Below are positions 47,637-55,410 of a DNA stretch of 55,410 bases, piece after piece (position 1 is the first letter of the stretch; the number at the start of each line of letters is the position of its first letter). The stretch is taken from the IMG/VR virus record IMGVR_UViG_3300012920_000050, positions 1-55,410 of that record; one strand, written 5' to 3'. The notes under the pieces are model-generated. The model was not told the origin of the DNA. It saw only the letters and a list, made by a program, of their open reading frames with translations, and ran no database searches. Origin of the DNA: a virus. Lineage: Duplodnaviria; Caudoviricetes. The position numbers were made by a program, and so were the translations under genes.

Positions 47637-48478
47637 AACCGCAATTCCAACACGAACTCACAACAAGCTTTACATTATGGGCGGACAATTTTATAGCATC
47701 CAGAGCAGAAGCGTTTAGCAATAAAACAGGTATATTTTATGCAAATACTTCAGATTCAAGGCTGAGCGATGGATATATTTCTTATAGCAGTCCTCACAAA
47801 CAGTGGGTTTTTGATGAAGATATAGAAGGAGCAGTTATACCAAGCGGGGTTTACGAAAACGGAACATTTATTCCCAGAGGTCAAGACGGGCTGATGTTTG
47901 ATTTTGATAATGGAAGAGTAATTTTTGATGAATCTTTTGGAGACTCACACACCCTAACAGGTGAGTATGCAGTAAAAGATTTTAATTTTTACATAACAAA
48001 CCAAACAGAAGAGCAGCTATTAATAGACAGCAAATTTGATGTCAATAATAGATTCAAGCAAGAGCCTTCTGGAATTAGTCCGTACAGTCAAGTTGTTCCT
48101 GCAATTTTTATCAACCCAGAACTAGCAGAGAACGAACCATTTTCATTCGGAGGAGAAGATAAAACAACAACAAATATAAGATGCGTTGTATTTGCAGAAA
48201 ACAGCTATCAACTAGATGGAGCATTATCTGTTTTTGCAGACGCAAAAAATGAAGTATTTTCTAAATTAAAGTTTGAAGACTATCCCCTCAATGAATTTGG
48301 AGATACAACTGGATTTAACTATAAAGATTTATCACTAAGTAAAACATCTACATTTCTCCACATCGAACAAGTCAGAGCCTCAAAGCTTAGTGATAGAGTC
48401 AACCAAAACGTTGACCCATCTTTATTTGTGGGATTTATAGATTTTGAGGTAAGCAATTTACGCTTTCCAAGATCTTGA
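47633..48478 (+). CDS. putative tail terminator
   Basis: VPAIFI, PFSFGG, IRCVVFAENSYQLD, GFIDFEV; directly before the major tail gene. Confidence 0.5.
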   Translation: MKPQFQHELTTSFTLWADNFIASRAEAFSNKTGIFYANTSDSRLSDGYISYSSPHKQWVFDEDIEGAVIPSGVYENGTFIPRGQDGLMFDFDNGRVIFDESFGDSHTLTGEYAVKDFNFYITNQTEEQLLIDSKFDVNNRFKQEPSGISPYSQVVPAIFINPELAENEPFSFGGEDKTTTNIRCVVFAENSYQLDGALSVFADAKNEVFSKLKFEDYPLNEFGDTTGFNYKDLSLSKTSTFLHIEQVRASKLSDRVNQNVDPSLFVGFIDFEVSNLRFPRS

Positions 48479-48499
48479 TTTCCCTTTTCTTTAGAAAAA

Positions 48500-48506
48500 A
48501 TGTAAT
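48500..48506 (+). promoter_or_regulatory. variant late promoter (ATGTAAT)
   Basis: One-mismatch GTGTA motif 28 nt before ATG 48533. Confidence 0.4.
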
Positions 48507-48532
48507 CACAACAGAATTAAACCTTATTTATT

Positions 48533-49990
48533 ATGGCAAAACAATTACCAGGACGCGCAAGAGTAATTTATCAAAGTGAAGCTTTGTATGTTGGAACCGT
48601 GGACGCCACAGGCCACCACTTCGCCAACGCTACTGACTGGAATGACGAAAATACTGTAACTACCTACGCAACAGACGCAGACGCTATAGCTGGCGCAGGA
48701 GGAGCAGCAAACGTTAGAACAGGAATTCATCAGCTTCGCAGGGTTCAAAGTGCTAACTACAGCTTTTCAATCAATAGGCAAGATGTCAACCAATTTGGTC
48801 AGCTTGCGAGAATTGACGCAGTAGCAATTGATCCTCCCACAGTTACTCTTGATTTTTCTTATTATCTCACAAATGGAGTTAATGAAAGACTTCTAGGAAT
48901 GCATGTTGGAGGAGACAAAAGTGCACTCGACGACGATATCGTCGGAGGAGTAACTTGTGATCAGAATCTCAATGCGGATGGAAAAAACTTTTTTATACTC
49001 ACTACATGTGAAGGTCACGATGCAGTAGGAAATACAGATGCAGAAGAAAACAAGAGTGTTATCGCTCTTGGAAATGGATATGTATCTAATTATTCGATTG
49101 AAGCTTCTGTCGGAAGTATGCCCACAGCTTCAGTTACTGTTGACGGACTCAACTTGAGGAGCTACACAGGAACAAAAAACCTTGATGTTCCTGCGGTAAA
49201 CACAAATTATGGAACACCAATCACAGACGTTGAATTTAGTATTCCCGCCGCGATTAGTGGAGTTCTTAATGATAGTGCGGACAATGTAGACGACGAAGCA
49301 GAAGGCTTTGCATGCCTACGTCCTGGAGATATTACTCTATCCTTGGGAACAGACGGAAGAGCCGGAGAGTTTGAACTTCTTCCAGGTAGCGACCCAAGAG
49401 GCGCTGATGGATATGGAGAAACTCTTGGTGGATCTGAAATTGCTACAGGAGAATTCCCGAATCCTCCTGGCGACGGATCCGATGTCAACGATGACCCTCA
49501 GTATGACTATACAACACCAGGCTCTGCACACGTTCAGAGTTTTAGTATTGATGTACCTCTTTCAAGAACCGTCTTGAATAGACTTGGAACACCATACGGA
49601 TACAGTCGAGTTGTAGAATACCCAGTAAATATTAGTGTTAGTGTTAGCGCTATTATGGCAGACCTTAAACAAGGAAACATCGCCGATCTTCTCTGGGACA
49701 CCGAAGAGCACGATTTGGTATTTACATTGCGTGAACCCAATCAATACGGAACAGGCCATGTCGCAATGCAGTATATCGTAAAGGGAGCTCTTCTCGAAGG
49801 AGAATCTTTTAGCTCAAGCATTGGAGACAATAAAACAGTAGACCTTACCTTTACTGCTCAAATTGGCGGTCCAGAAGATGACGCAAGAGGACTTAGGCTT
49901 CTCGGCTCAAGAAACGCGTTGACTATTACAGGAGAGTACGCAAACAAGTTCGATTTTAAAGATCTTGGAACTCCTCCATTTGGTCAATAA
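48533..49990 (+). CDS. major tail (tube) protein, internally duplicated
   Basis: LRRVQSANYSFSINRQDVNQFG and AHVQSFSIDVPLSRTVLNRLG halves; followed by a strong terminator; synteny. Confidence 0.7.
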   Translation: MAKQLPGRARVIYQSEALYVGTVDATGHHFANATDWNDENTVTTYATDADAIAGAGGAANVRTGIHQLRRVQSANYSFSINRQDVNQFGQLARIDAVAIDPPTVTLDFSYYLTNGVNERLLGMHVGGDKSALDDDIVGGVTCDQNLNADGKNFFILTTCEGHDAVGNTDAEENKSVIALGNGYVSNYSIEASVGSMPTASVTVDGLNLRSYTGTKNLDVPAVNTNYGTPITDVEFSIPAAISGVLNDSADNVDDEAEGFACLRPGDITLSLGTDGRAGEFELLPGSDPRGADGYGETLGGSEIATGEFPNPPGDGSDVNDDPQYDYTTPGSAHVQSFSIDVPLSRTVLNRLGTPYGYSRVVEYPVNISVSVSAIMADLKQGNIADLLWDTEEHDLVFTLREPNQYGTGHVAMQYIVKGALLEGESFSSSIGDNKTVDLTFTAQIGGPEDDARGLRLLGSRNALTITGEYANKFDFKDLGTPPFGQ

Positions 49991-50011
49991 AATTACTCTA
50001 TAAGGTACTTT

Positions 50012-50042
50012 AAAACCCGCCCCCAAAAAGGGCGGGTTTTTT
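50012..50042. terminator. bidirectional intrinsic terminator
   Basis: AAAACCCGCCC-CCAAAAA-GGGCGGGTTTTTT between convergent genes. Confidence 0.9.
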
Positions 50043-51156
50043 AGTTTCGGTCCAAAATTTTAAATCCCCCAGAGGCATCAATGCCTACAGCAAAACTTGT
50101 AGAAACTTCTACTTGACCGCCTATTTGTTTTTTGTAAGATTGACTCCTGAGTTGAGCGTCTTCAATCACAAATTGGTTAACAACATCGTGATACTGTCCG
50201 CTATATCTATATCTGTTAGTATGATCGATAGTCATATTGTACTTTGACCCCTCCTTAAAAAACGAATTTATAGAGCCTGTGTCATATTCTCTGAGAATCA
50301 TATCCATTGACAGCTCTGCCATGATAGGTAGTTTTAATTTTCGATCAAAAACATAATTACTTCCAAACCCATATATGTCCTGCCTTTCTATAGGCACATT
50401 TAGAGAAATGCTTTGAATTGCAGCATCCTCTGCCTCTAGAGGCACCCCTCCATAATTTCCTGCAAGCTTTTGAATATTGATCATAATATCTCCAGGCATG
50501 ATAACATTTGCCTCAGGAACAATATCGTACCCAAAACTGTCTTGATCTAAATTTAACTTTTCTTCTGACTTGGGATTTTCCATTCCAAGTTTTATTGCTG
50601 GTAAAGTAGGTACGTCACTTGGCTCATAAGTATCAAAAGTCATATTGCTACCCCTAAAAGAAACAGAAGCGGTGGGAAGCTGTCCCACGGCAGCATTATA
50701 ACTATAAGAATCAAGAAAACAGTTACCGATTCCAATTACATGATAGCCAGAATAATCTTCCGCATTACTTAAATCCCTGTGAAGAGCTTCGTCGGAAGCA
50801 ACAGCAATTACATTTATATCATCCGTCGAGTCCGACTCTAATCGAGATTTTAATATACTGCCTTCGGCGCCAACATAAAATCCTAAAAATTTTTCGTTTT
50901 CTCCGCTAGAAAATAAATAATTTATATTACAAGAAACATTTGCATTTCTAATTATTGGAGACTCTCCATCTCTTTGCATGAATGAATCAGAGCCAATAGA
51001 TTTGACATCTACAGCGGGGTGCTCAAAAGAATAATCCATACTTTGAACTCTTACTAAATTACCAGATGTAGTGCCATTTTCCTTATATGCAGGAAAATCA
51101 GTGACAAGAACACCAAGCCTCTCATAAGTTAATCTAGTCGGAGTACATTTAGCCAT
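50041..51156 (-). CDS. tail tube-like paralog
   Basis: LVRVQSMDYSF, VIGIGNCFLDSYSYNAAVGQLPTASV, IMPGDI and AIQSISLNVPIERQ match the 48533 protein. Confidence 0.7.
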   Translation of the reverse strand: MAKCTPTRLTYERLGVLVTDFPAYKENGTTSGNLVRVQSMDYSFEHPAVDVKSIGSDSFMQRDGESPIIRNANVSCNINYLFSSGENEKFLGFYVGAEGSILKSRLESDSTDDINVIAVASDEALHRDLSNAEDYSGYHVIGIGNCFLDSYSYNAAVGQLPTASVSFRGSNMTFDTYEPSDVPTLPAIKLGMENPKSEEKLNLDQDSFGYDIVPEANVIMPGDIMINIQKLAGNYGGVPLEAEDAAIQSISLNVPIERQDIYGFGSNYVFDRKLKLPIMAELSMDMILREYDTGSINSFFKEGSKYNMTIDHTNRYRYSGQYHDVVNQFVIEDAQLRSQSYKKQIGGQVEVSTSFAVGIDASGGFKILDRN

Positions 51157-51163
51157 TAAACCT

Positions 51164-51193
51164 ATTACACACTTTTAGCTTATTAAGTGTATT
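51164..51193. promoter_or_regulatory. divergent pair of GTGTA putative late promoters
   Basis: TACAC 51166-51170 (minus) and GTGTATT 51187-51193 (plus) in a 52-bp gap. Confidence 0.65.
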
Positions 51194-51208
51194 TATTAAA
51201 GACCCGCT

Positions 51209-52945
51209 ATGCCAAACAAAAGAATTTCAGACCTCGCAGAGACGCACTCATTAATTTCAAACGGATTACAATACCCATTTAGGAGTTCTGCTGTACGCAC
51301 TTCAAACAAAGATGAAGATGCTCTTTTTCTGCTGGCAAGGTCTGGATCTCATAATGAAAAAATAAAATATAAAAATTTAAAAAGCTCTGTTTCGGATAAT
51401 GTTGTATTTCTTACTGGAAAACAGTTAATCAGCGGAAGAAAAACTTTTGCAGACGACTGCACATTTCTTAGCACTACAAAAATTAACGAAATAATTGATG
51501 TAACAAAAAAAGGGGACATCAGTGGGAATATTTTCGTTGGAGAGACTGGATTATTTCAACACATGGGGGTGGGCGATAAATTTTTCTTGAGAGAAGATGA
51601 TGTAAATGAAACCCTGGAAGTTGATGGAGACTCTTTTTTTCACGGGTCAGTCGAAATCACTGGAGATGCATACAGAAATGGCCCAGAACATCATCTAGAA
51701 GGAGATTCACAATATATAGGAAATATAGATTTTATAGGAAATCAATTTCAAAAAGGAGACTTCGACTTACTAGGAAACTCCAGGAGAGTTGGAAATATAG
51801 AGCAAACAGGAAACGGATTTTTTCACTCGGAATTAGTAGTTCATGGAGACATAAGACTTGGAAAGTTTTTATTTCCGCATCAGGACGTTTCTAATTATCA
51901 ATTTTTTGAAGAAGCTTCGGGAGATAGTGTCACTACTTTTTATGCAGAATCCTTCAATCAAATAGCAGACCCTTCGAGCCTTACTTTTCTAAAGTTCACG
52001 CCTGATTTAGTAGAATTAAAAGCTTCCTCAGAACCCAAAGAATCTAATGTTAGATGGTTCGAAGAAACAGAATCTGGCTTAATGATTATGGAAAACTTTG
52101 AATATGGCCCTGATGGTTCAAATAAAATATGGGAATATCAATCTGGCTCTGGAATCACTCAAATCGAGAGCGGTGAATTTGAAGGGGGAAGATCCTCCTC
52201 GATTTTGCTGGATAATAGCTCAGACAAGTCAATAAAATTTTATGTTGACGAAGATGAAGAAGCTATTTCAATTACAGAGTCAGGCTCTTTTGGGGTAAAT
52301 TCTGAAAATCCTTTTGGAGAACTTTCCATGAGTGGAGACGCCTATATCACTCATGTGGATACTTATATTTATGGAAACTGGAGACATGTATATCCTGGAG
52401 AAGAAGATGAAAGCGTTTGCTACTCAACAAGCCTGCCAGAAGGAGAAGACAGTTATCTAATTAACTTCCCAAAAACTTTTGTTGGTGAGCCAGTTTTATC
52501 TGTTTCGGTCAAACACGATAAAGGAGGTGTAATTATTCCTTTCATGATATCAGGACTTACAGACTCTCAATATAATATAAATTTTACAAAAAAACTTCCA
52601 GACAATCAGTATAAAGTAAATACGATTGCCATGTCTACTGGATTGGGTGCGGAAAATTGCTTTAAAAGAGCGATGGACACAGATAAAATTCAAAGATTTA
52701 AAACTCCTGTCGATCCAGGTTCGTTTTCTTATCACATTTCTTTTCCTTCAGGATTTAAATCTCCCCCCACAGTATCCACAACCATAGAGGGAGAAGAAAA
52801 ATTTCCTCCACATTTTATTTCAGGTATAACAACAGGAGGATACAATATAGTTTTTGGAACAGAACTCCAAGATCCATATAAAATACATACAACCGCAAGC
52901 ATGGCAGGAATTATATCCAGATGCGAACCAAACCACTCCCACTAA
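51209..52945 (+). CDS. fibre/spike-like virion protein
   Basis: KRISDL start, TGKQLISGRKTF, 6-residue Gly-periodic shaft, two C-terminal FPxxFxxxPxV modules. Confidence 0.7.
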   Translation: MPNKRISDLAETHSLISNGLQYPFRSSAVRTSNKDEDALFLLARSGSHNEKIKYKNLKSSVSDNVVFLTGKQLISGRKTFADDCTFLSTTKINEIIDVTKKGDISGNIFVGETGLFQHMGVGDKFFLREDDVNETLEVDGDSFFHGSVEITGDAYRNGPEHHLEGDSQYIGNIDFIGNQFQKGDFDLLGNSRRVGNIEQTGNGFFHSELVVHGDIRLGKFLFPHQDVSNYQFFEEASGDSVTTFYAESFNQIADPSSLTFLKFTPDLVELKASSEPKESNVRWFEETESGLMIMENFEYGPDGSNKIWEYQSGSGITQIESGEFEGGRSSSILLDNSSDKSIKFYVDEDEEAISITESGSFGVNSENPFGELSMSGDAYITHVDTYIYGNWRHVYPGEEDESVCYSTSLPEGEDSYLINFPKTFVGEPVLSVSVKHDKGGVIIPFMISGLTDSQYNINFTKKLPDNQYKVNTIAMSTGLGAENCFKRAMDTDKIQRFKTPVDPGSFSYHISFPSGFKSPPTVSTTIEGEEKFPPHFISGITTGGYNIVFGTELQDPYKIHTTASMAGIISRCEPNHSH

Positions 52946-52946
52946 A

Positions 52947-54965
52947 ATGAATAAAGACAATAGAACATCAAATATGATCGAGGTTACGCGTCTTTATGCA
53001 GACATAAATGCACCTTCTAGCTATGAACCCCAGCCAAGCGGAAATGAAGATCATGAAGCTTTGCTGTTAGTGGCAAGATCAGGTTCACACAATGAAAAAA
53101 TAAGCTATGCTAATTTGAAAAATTCTTTACTAGACAACGTTGTATTTCTTACTGGAGACCAATTGATTAGCGGCAAAAAAACTTTTGCAGATGTCACTAC
53201 TTTTTTAAGCAGAACAAACATAAACGAAATAATCGACATAACAGAAACGGGAGATATAAGCGGCAATGTGTTTGTGGGAGAGACAGGACTTTTTCAAAAA
53301 GCGGGAATCGGAGACCACTTCACAAGAAGAGAGATGCTGGACGAAGTATTCTTTAATAGGCCATCTGGCAATGAAGACTGGGAGTCTATAACTTTTGGAG
53401 GAGGAGTAAAAGGAGAAACACATCTTTTTGCAGTAGATTTTAGTGGAGAACAAATAGATTTATCTACAGAAGCAGAGTCAAAGAATGTATACCAACCTTC
53501 CGGTTTTTATGCAGCGATGATACCAGAAGCGCATCAAAACAATCTGGACAAGTTCCTTGACGATCACGACTTATTCCCAGATGAACTTCACTATGAAATG
53601 GGCGGAGCTTGGATAGGAATAGAATTCGATAAACCATTTTTTTACAAGGGTATAAACATATACCCCTCTGACAACCTAGACTTTGCGGCAGAAGACTTTA
53701 AAGTTCTTGGCTCAAATAACGGAGAAGACTGGACAACAATCCACGTAGAATCTGGTTTGAGCGCGGCAAGCTACCCAAGCTCAACAAGCGGAAATTATTT
53801 TTCACTAGAAGATTACTTAACAACAGGATATTCTCACTACAGGTATGTCCCAACAAAGATCATAAATTCAGACCAGTGGAAAATAAAACATTTTAACTTT
53901 CAAGGAGTAAAAGACCTAAGAAAACCTTTTGTGGTTCACCCAACACATACGCTTCATGTTTCTGGAGATTCTCTATTTGTGGGAGACGTAACAATTTCAG
54001 GAAATACATTTATAACAGGAAACAATAGAGTAGTAGGAGATTCTTTCTTCGAGGGAGACATTGATCAAACTGGAGATTTTACACAGACAGGAGATAATAC
54101 AAGATTTGGAGACGCTTATCTAAGCGGCACATTAGACGTTACAGGTGATGTAAATATTTATGGCGATTTAATGGTAACTGGAAATATAGGAGTAGACGAA
54201 TACTTGTATCATAATCAAGACGAAGATACCTATTTGCAATTCAAACCAGACGAAATAGTTCTTTCAGCAGGAGCAGAGACACAAATAAACATAAGAGAAT
54301 CTGGAAGCGGAGATTATATATCCTTTACTACCTCTGGAGAAGAAAGAGCAAGGGTATTAAACGATGGAAAATTTGCAATAAATAGCACAGAGGCGAAAGG
54401 GCAACTTTCCGTAACAGGAGATTCCTATCTAGAGAGACTTTATGTCACAGGATGCTCTGGAGAGTGGGTTCGAGTGATGGGAGGTTCAGACGAAACAGTA
54501 ACTTTTTCAACTCCCATAGTTGGAGGTCAAGATAGATACCAAATTGATTTTCCTAAAACTTTTGGATCGCCTCCTGTTTTGTCGATTGGGCTGCAAAATG
54601 ATCATGGAGCTCCAATAGTTCCTCATATGCTTTCTGGAGTAACTGAATCAGAGTATCATCTTTTATTTTCGACTTTTCTGGCGCATGACACATACATAGT
54701 TCATACCACCGCCAGACCAAACGCAACATCTCAGTTCAAGACAATAACCCAATCTTTTACAACAGATTTGACAGCAGGTCAAGATTTGCACGAAATAATT
54801 TTTCCAGAACCGTTTTCCGTTGTACCGGTTGTTTCCTCTACTATAGAAACTGACAAATATTTAATACCCTTTTTAGTATCAGGAGTGACAGAAACGAGTT
54901 ACTTCTTAAAATTTGGCGCAAATGTACCCACAAATTATAAAATTCATACTCACGCAGTCAGATAA
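52947..54965 (+). CDS. fibre/spike-like virion protein with discoidin (F5/8 type C)-like insert; paralog of the previous gene
   Basis: Shared LLVARSGSHNEKI...VGETGLFQ block; WIGIEFDKP...FKVLGSNNGEDWTTI...YSHYRY; start revised to ATG 52947. Confidence 0.75.
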   Translation: MNKDNRTSNMIEVTRLYADINAPSSYEPQPSGNEDHEALLLVARSGSHNEKISYANLKNSLLDNVVFLTGDQLISGKKTFADVTTFLSRTNINEIIDITETGDISGNVFVGETGLFQKAGIGDHFTRREMLDEVFFNRPSGNEDWESITFGGGVKGETHLFAVDFSGEQIDLSTEAESKNVYQPSGFYAAMIPEAHQNNLDKFLDDHDLFPDELHYEMGGAWIGIEFDKPFFYKGINIYPSDNLDFAAEDFKVLGSNNGEDWTTIHVESGLSAASYPSSTSGNYFSLEDYLTTGYSHYRYVPTKIINSDQWKIKHFNFQGVKDLRKPFVVHPTHTLHVSGDSLFVGDVTISGNTFITGNNRVVGDSFFEGDIDQTGDFTQTGDNTRFGDAYLSGTLDVTGDVNIYGDLMVTGNIGVDEYLYHNQDEDTYLQFKPDEIVLSAGAETQINIRESGSGDYISFTTSGEERARVLNDGKFAINSTEAKGQLSVTGDSYLERLYVTGCSGEWVRVMGGSDETVTFSTPIVGGQDRYQIDFPKTFGSPPVLSIGLQNDHGAPIVPHMLSGVTESEYHLLFSTFLAHDTYIVHTTARPNATSQFKTITQSFTTDLTAGQDLHEIIFPEPFSVVPVVSSTIETDKYLIPFLVSGVTETSYFLKFGANVPTNYKIHTHAVR

Positions 54966-54975
54966 ACAAAAACTA

Positions 54976-54982
54976 GTGTAAT
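54976..54982 (+). promoter_or_regulatory. GTGTA putative late promoter
   Basis: GTGTAAT 10 nt before ATG 54991. Confidence 0.6.
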
Positions 54983-54990
54983 ACAGAAAG

Positions 54991-55410
54991 ATGATCTCCA
55001 ATAATATATTTACTTCAGACATAATTAGCGGCTATTATTTTCATGCAGATGAGAATATTATTGTTGACGGAAGAATCGGGATTGGAACTACTTCCCCGTC
55101 AGCAATAGCGCAGATAGAGACCAATGACGGTTCAACCATTTATGACCCAAGCGATACAAAGCCGCCATCAATTGGAGACTACATTCTTTCGTTAAGAAAT
55201 ACATACGAAGGAGGAAATGTTGCAGGGACACTCGCAGGAATACAGTTCAATATTGACGGAGATGGGACTGGGAGCGTGAATTCTTTGGGATCAATTAACC
55301 TCGTTATAGAAGAAGACAACCTTCAAAAGGCAGCTTTATGCTTTAGTCCCGATCCTGGAGATAGTAATAGAAAAGAGGCGATGCGCATAAGCTCTGATGG
55401 ATATATAGGA
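54991..55410 (+). CDS. tail fibre-like protein, truncated at the window edge and absent from the ORF track
   Basis: MISNNIFTSDIISG...GRIGIGTTSPSA...EAMRISSDGYIG, open to the end of the window. Confidence 0.8.
   Translation, partial: MISNNIFTSDIISGYYFHADENIIVDGRIGIGTTSPSAIAQIETNDGSTIYDPSDTKPPSIGDYILSLRNTYEGGNVAGTLAGIQFNIDGDGTGSVNSLGSINLVIEEDNLQKAALCFSPDPGDSNRKEAMRISSDGYIG

Noticed and set aside
3944-52946. Longest-ORF starts in the track (3961, 4053, 5289, 12366, 13279, 18482, 31089, 52854)
   Set aside because: They overlap promoters or upstream genes; downstream starts fit stop-start coupling, promoter position or paralog alignment better
1209-53453. The many short antisense or overlapping ORFs in the track (e.g. 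23618-24163, 41635-42156, 43659-44246)
   Set aside because: They shadow long motif-bearing genes, have no recognisable motifs and lack promoter or coupling signals
53950-54200. SG/TG runs in fibre shafts as glycosylation sequons
   Set aside because: The strict 6-residue Gly periodicity is adequately explained by a triple beta-helix shaft; not evidence of a sequon on its own
681-54965. Genome-wide stop-codon reassignment
   Set aside because: Coding density is high under the standard code, and TAA, TAG and TGA all end genes at sensible coupled junctions

Overview
A 55.4-kb segment of a large, AT-rich tailed dsDNA bacteriophage read in the standard genetic code; no tRNA, rRNA, CRISPR or transposase was seen. 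From left to right: (1) a truncated SG-rich tandem-repeat protein; (2) a leftward operon (hypothetical, dNMP kinase, sigma-70-family factor, SSB, GT4, FmdB-like protein); (3) an AT-rich divergent promoter region at about 4 kb, with two near-consensus sigma-70 promoters; (4) a rightward glycan-biosynthesis cluster of about 12.5 kb (GT9-, GT2-, GT7-, DUF115-, WavE-like and GT4 enzymes, cytidylyltransferase, HpcH aldolase, HAD-nucleotidyltransferase, GDPD-like), interleaved with a Whirly-like ssDNA-binding protein and followed by a Rad52-like annealing protein; (5) a leftward lambda-like tail-tip module (chaperones, TMP, tube paralogs, doubled gpM, gpL, gpK-JAB, gpI-gpJ fusion, giant fibre, S74 fibre); (6) neck, major tail and fibre genes. 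Highlights: a ~50-aa module inserted four times in three tail-tip proteins; a PD-(D/E)XK-like cargo between GYIPNF repeats in the TMP; a GTGTA(A/T) motif before ten structural-gene starts, a candidate late promoter for the phage sigma factor; a candidate NeuB-independent ulosonic-acid glycosylation pathway; and several domains apparently split across adjacent ORFs. All family calls come from motif recognition by eye, not database searches.
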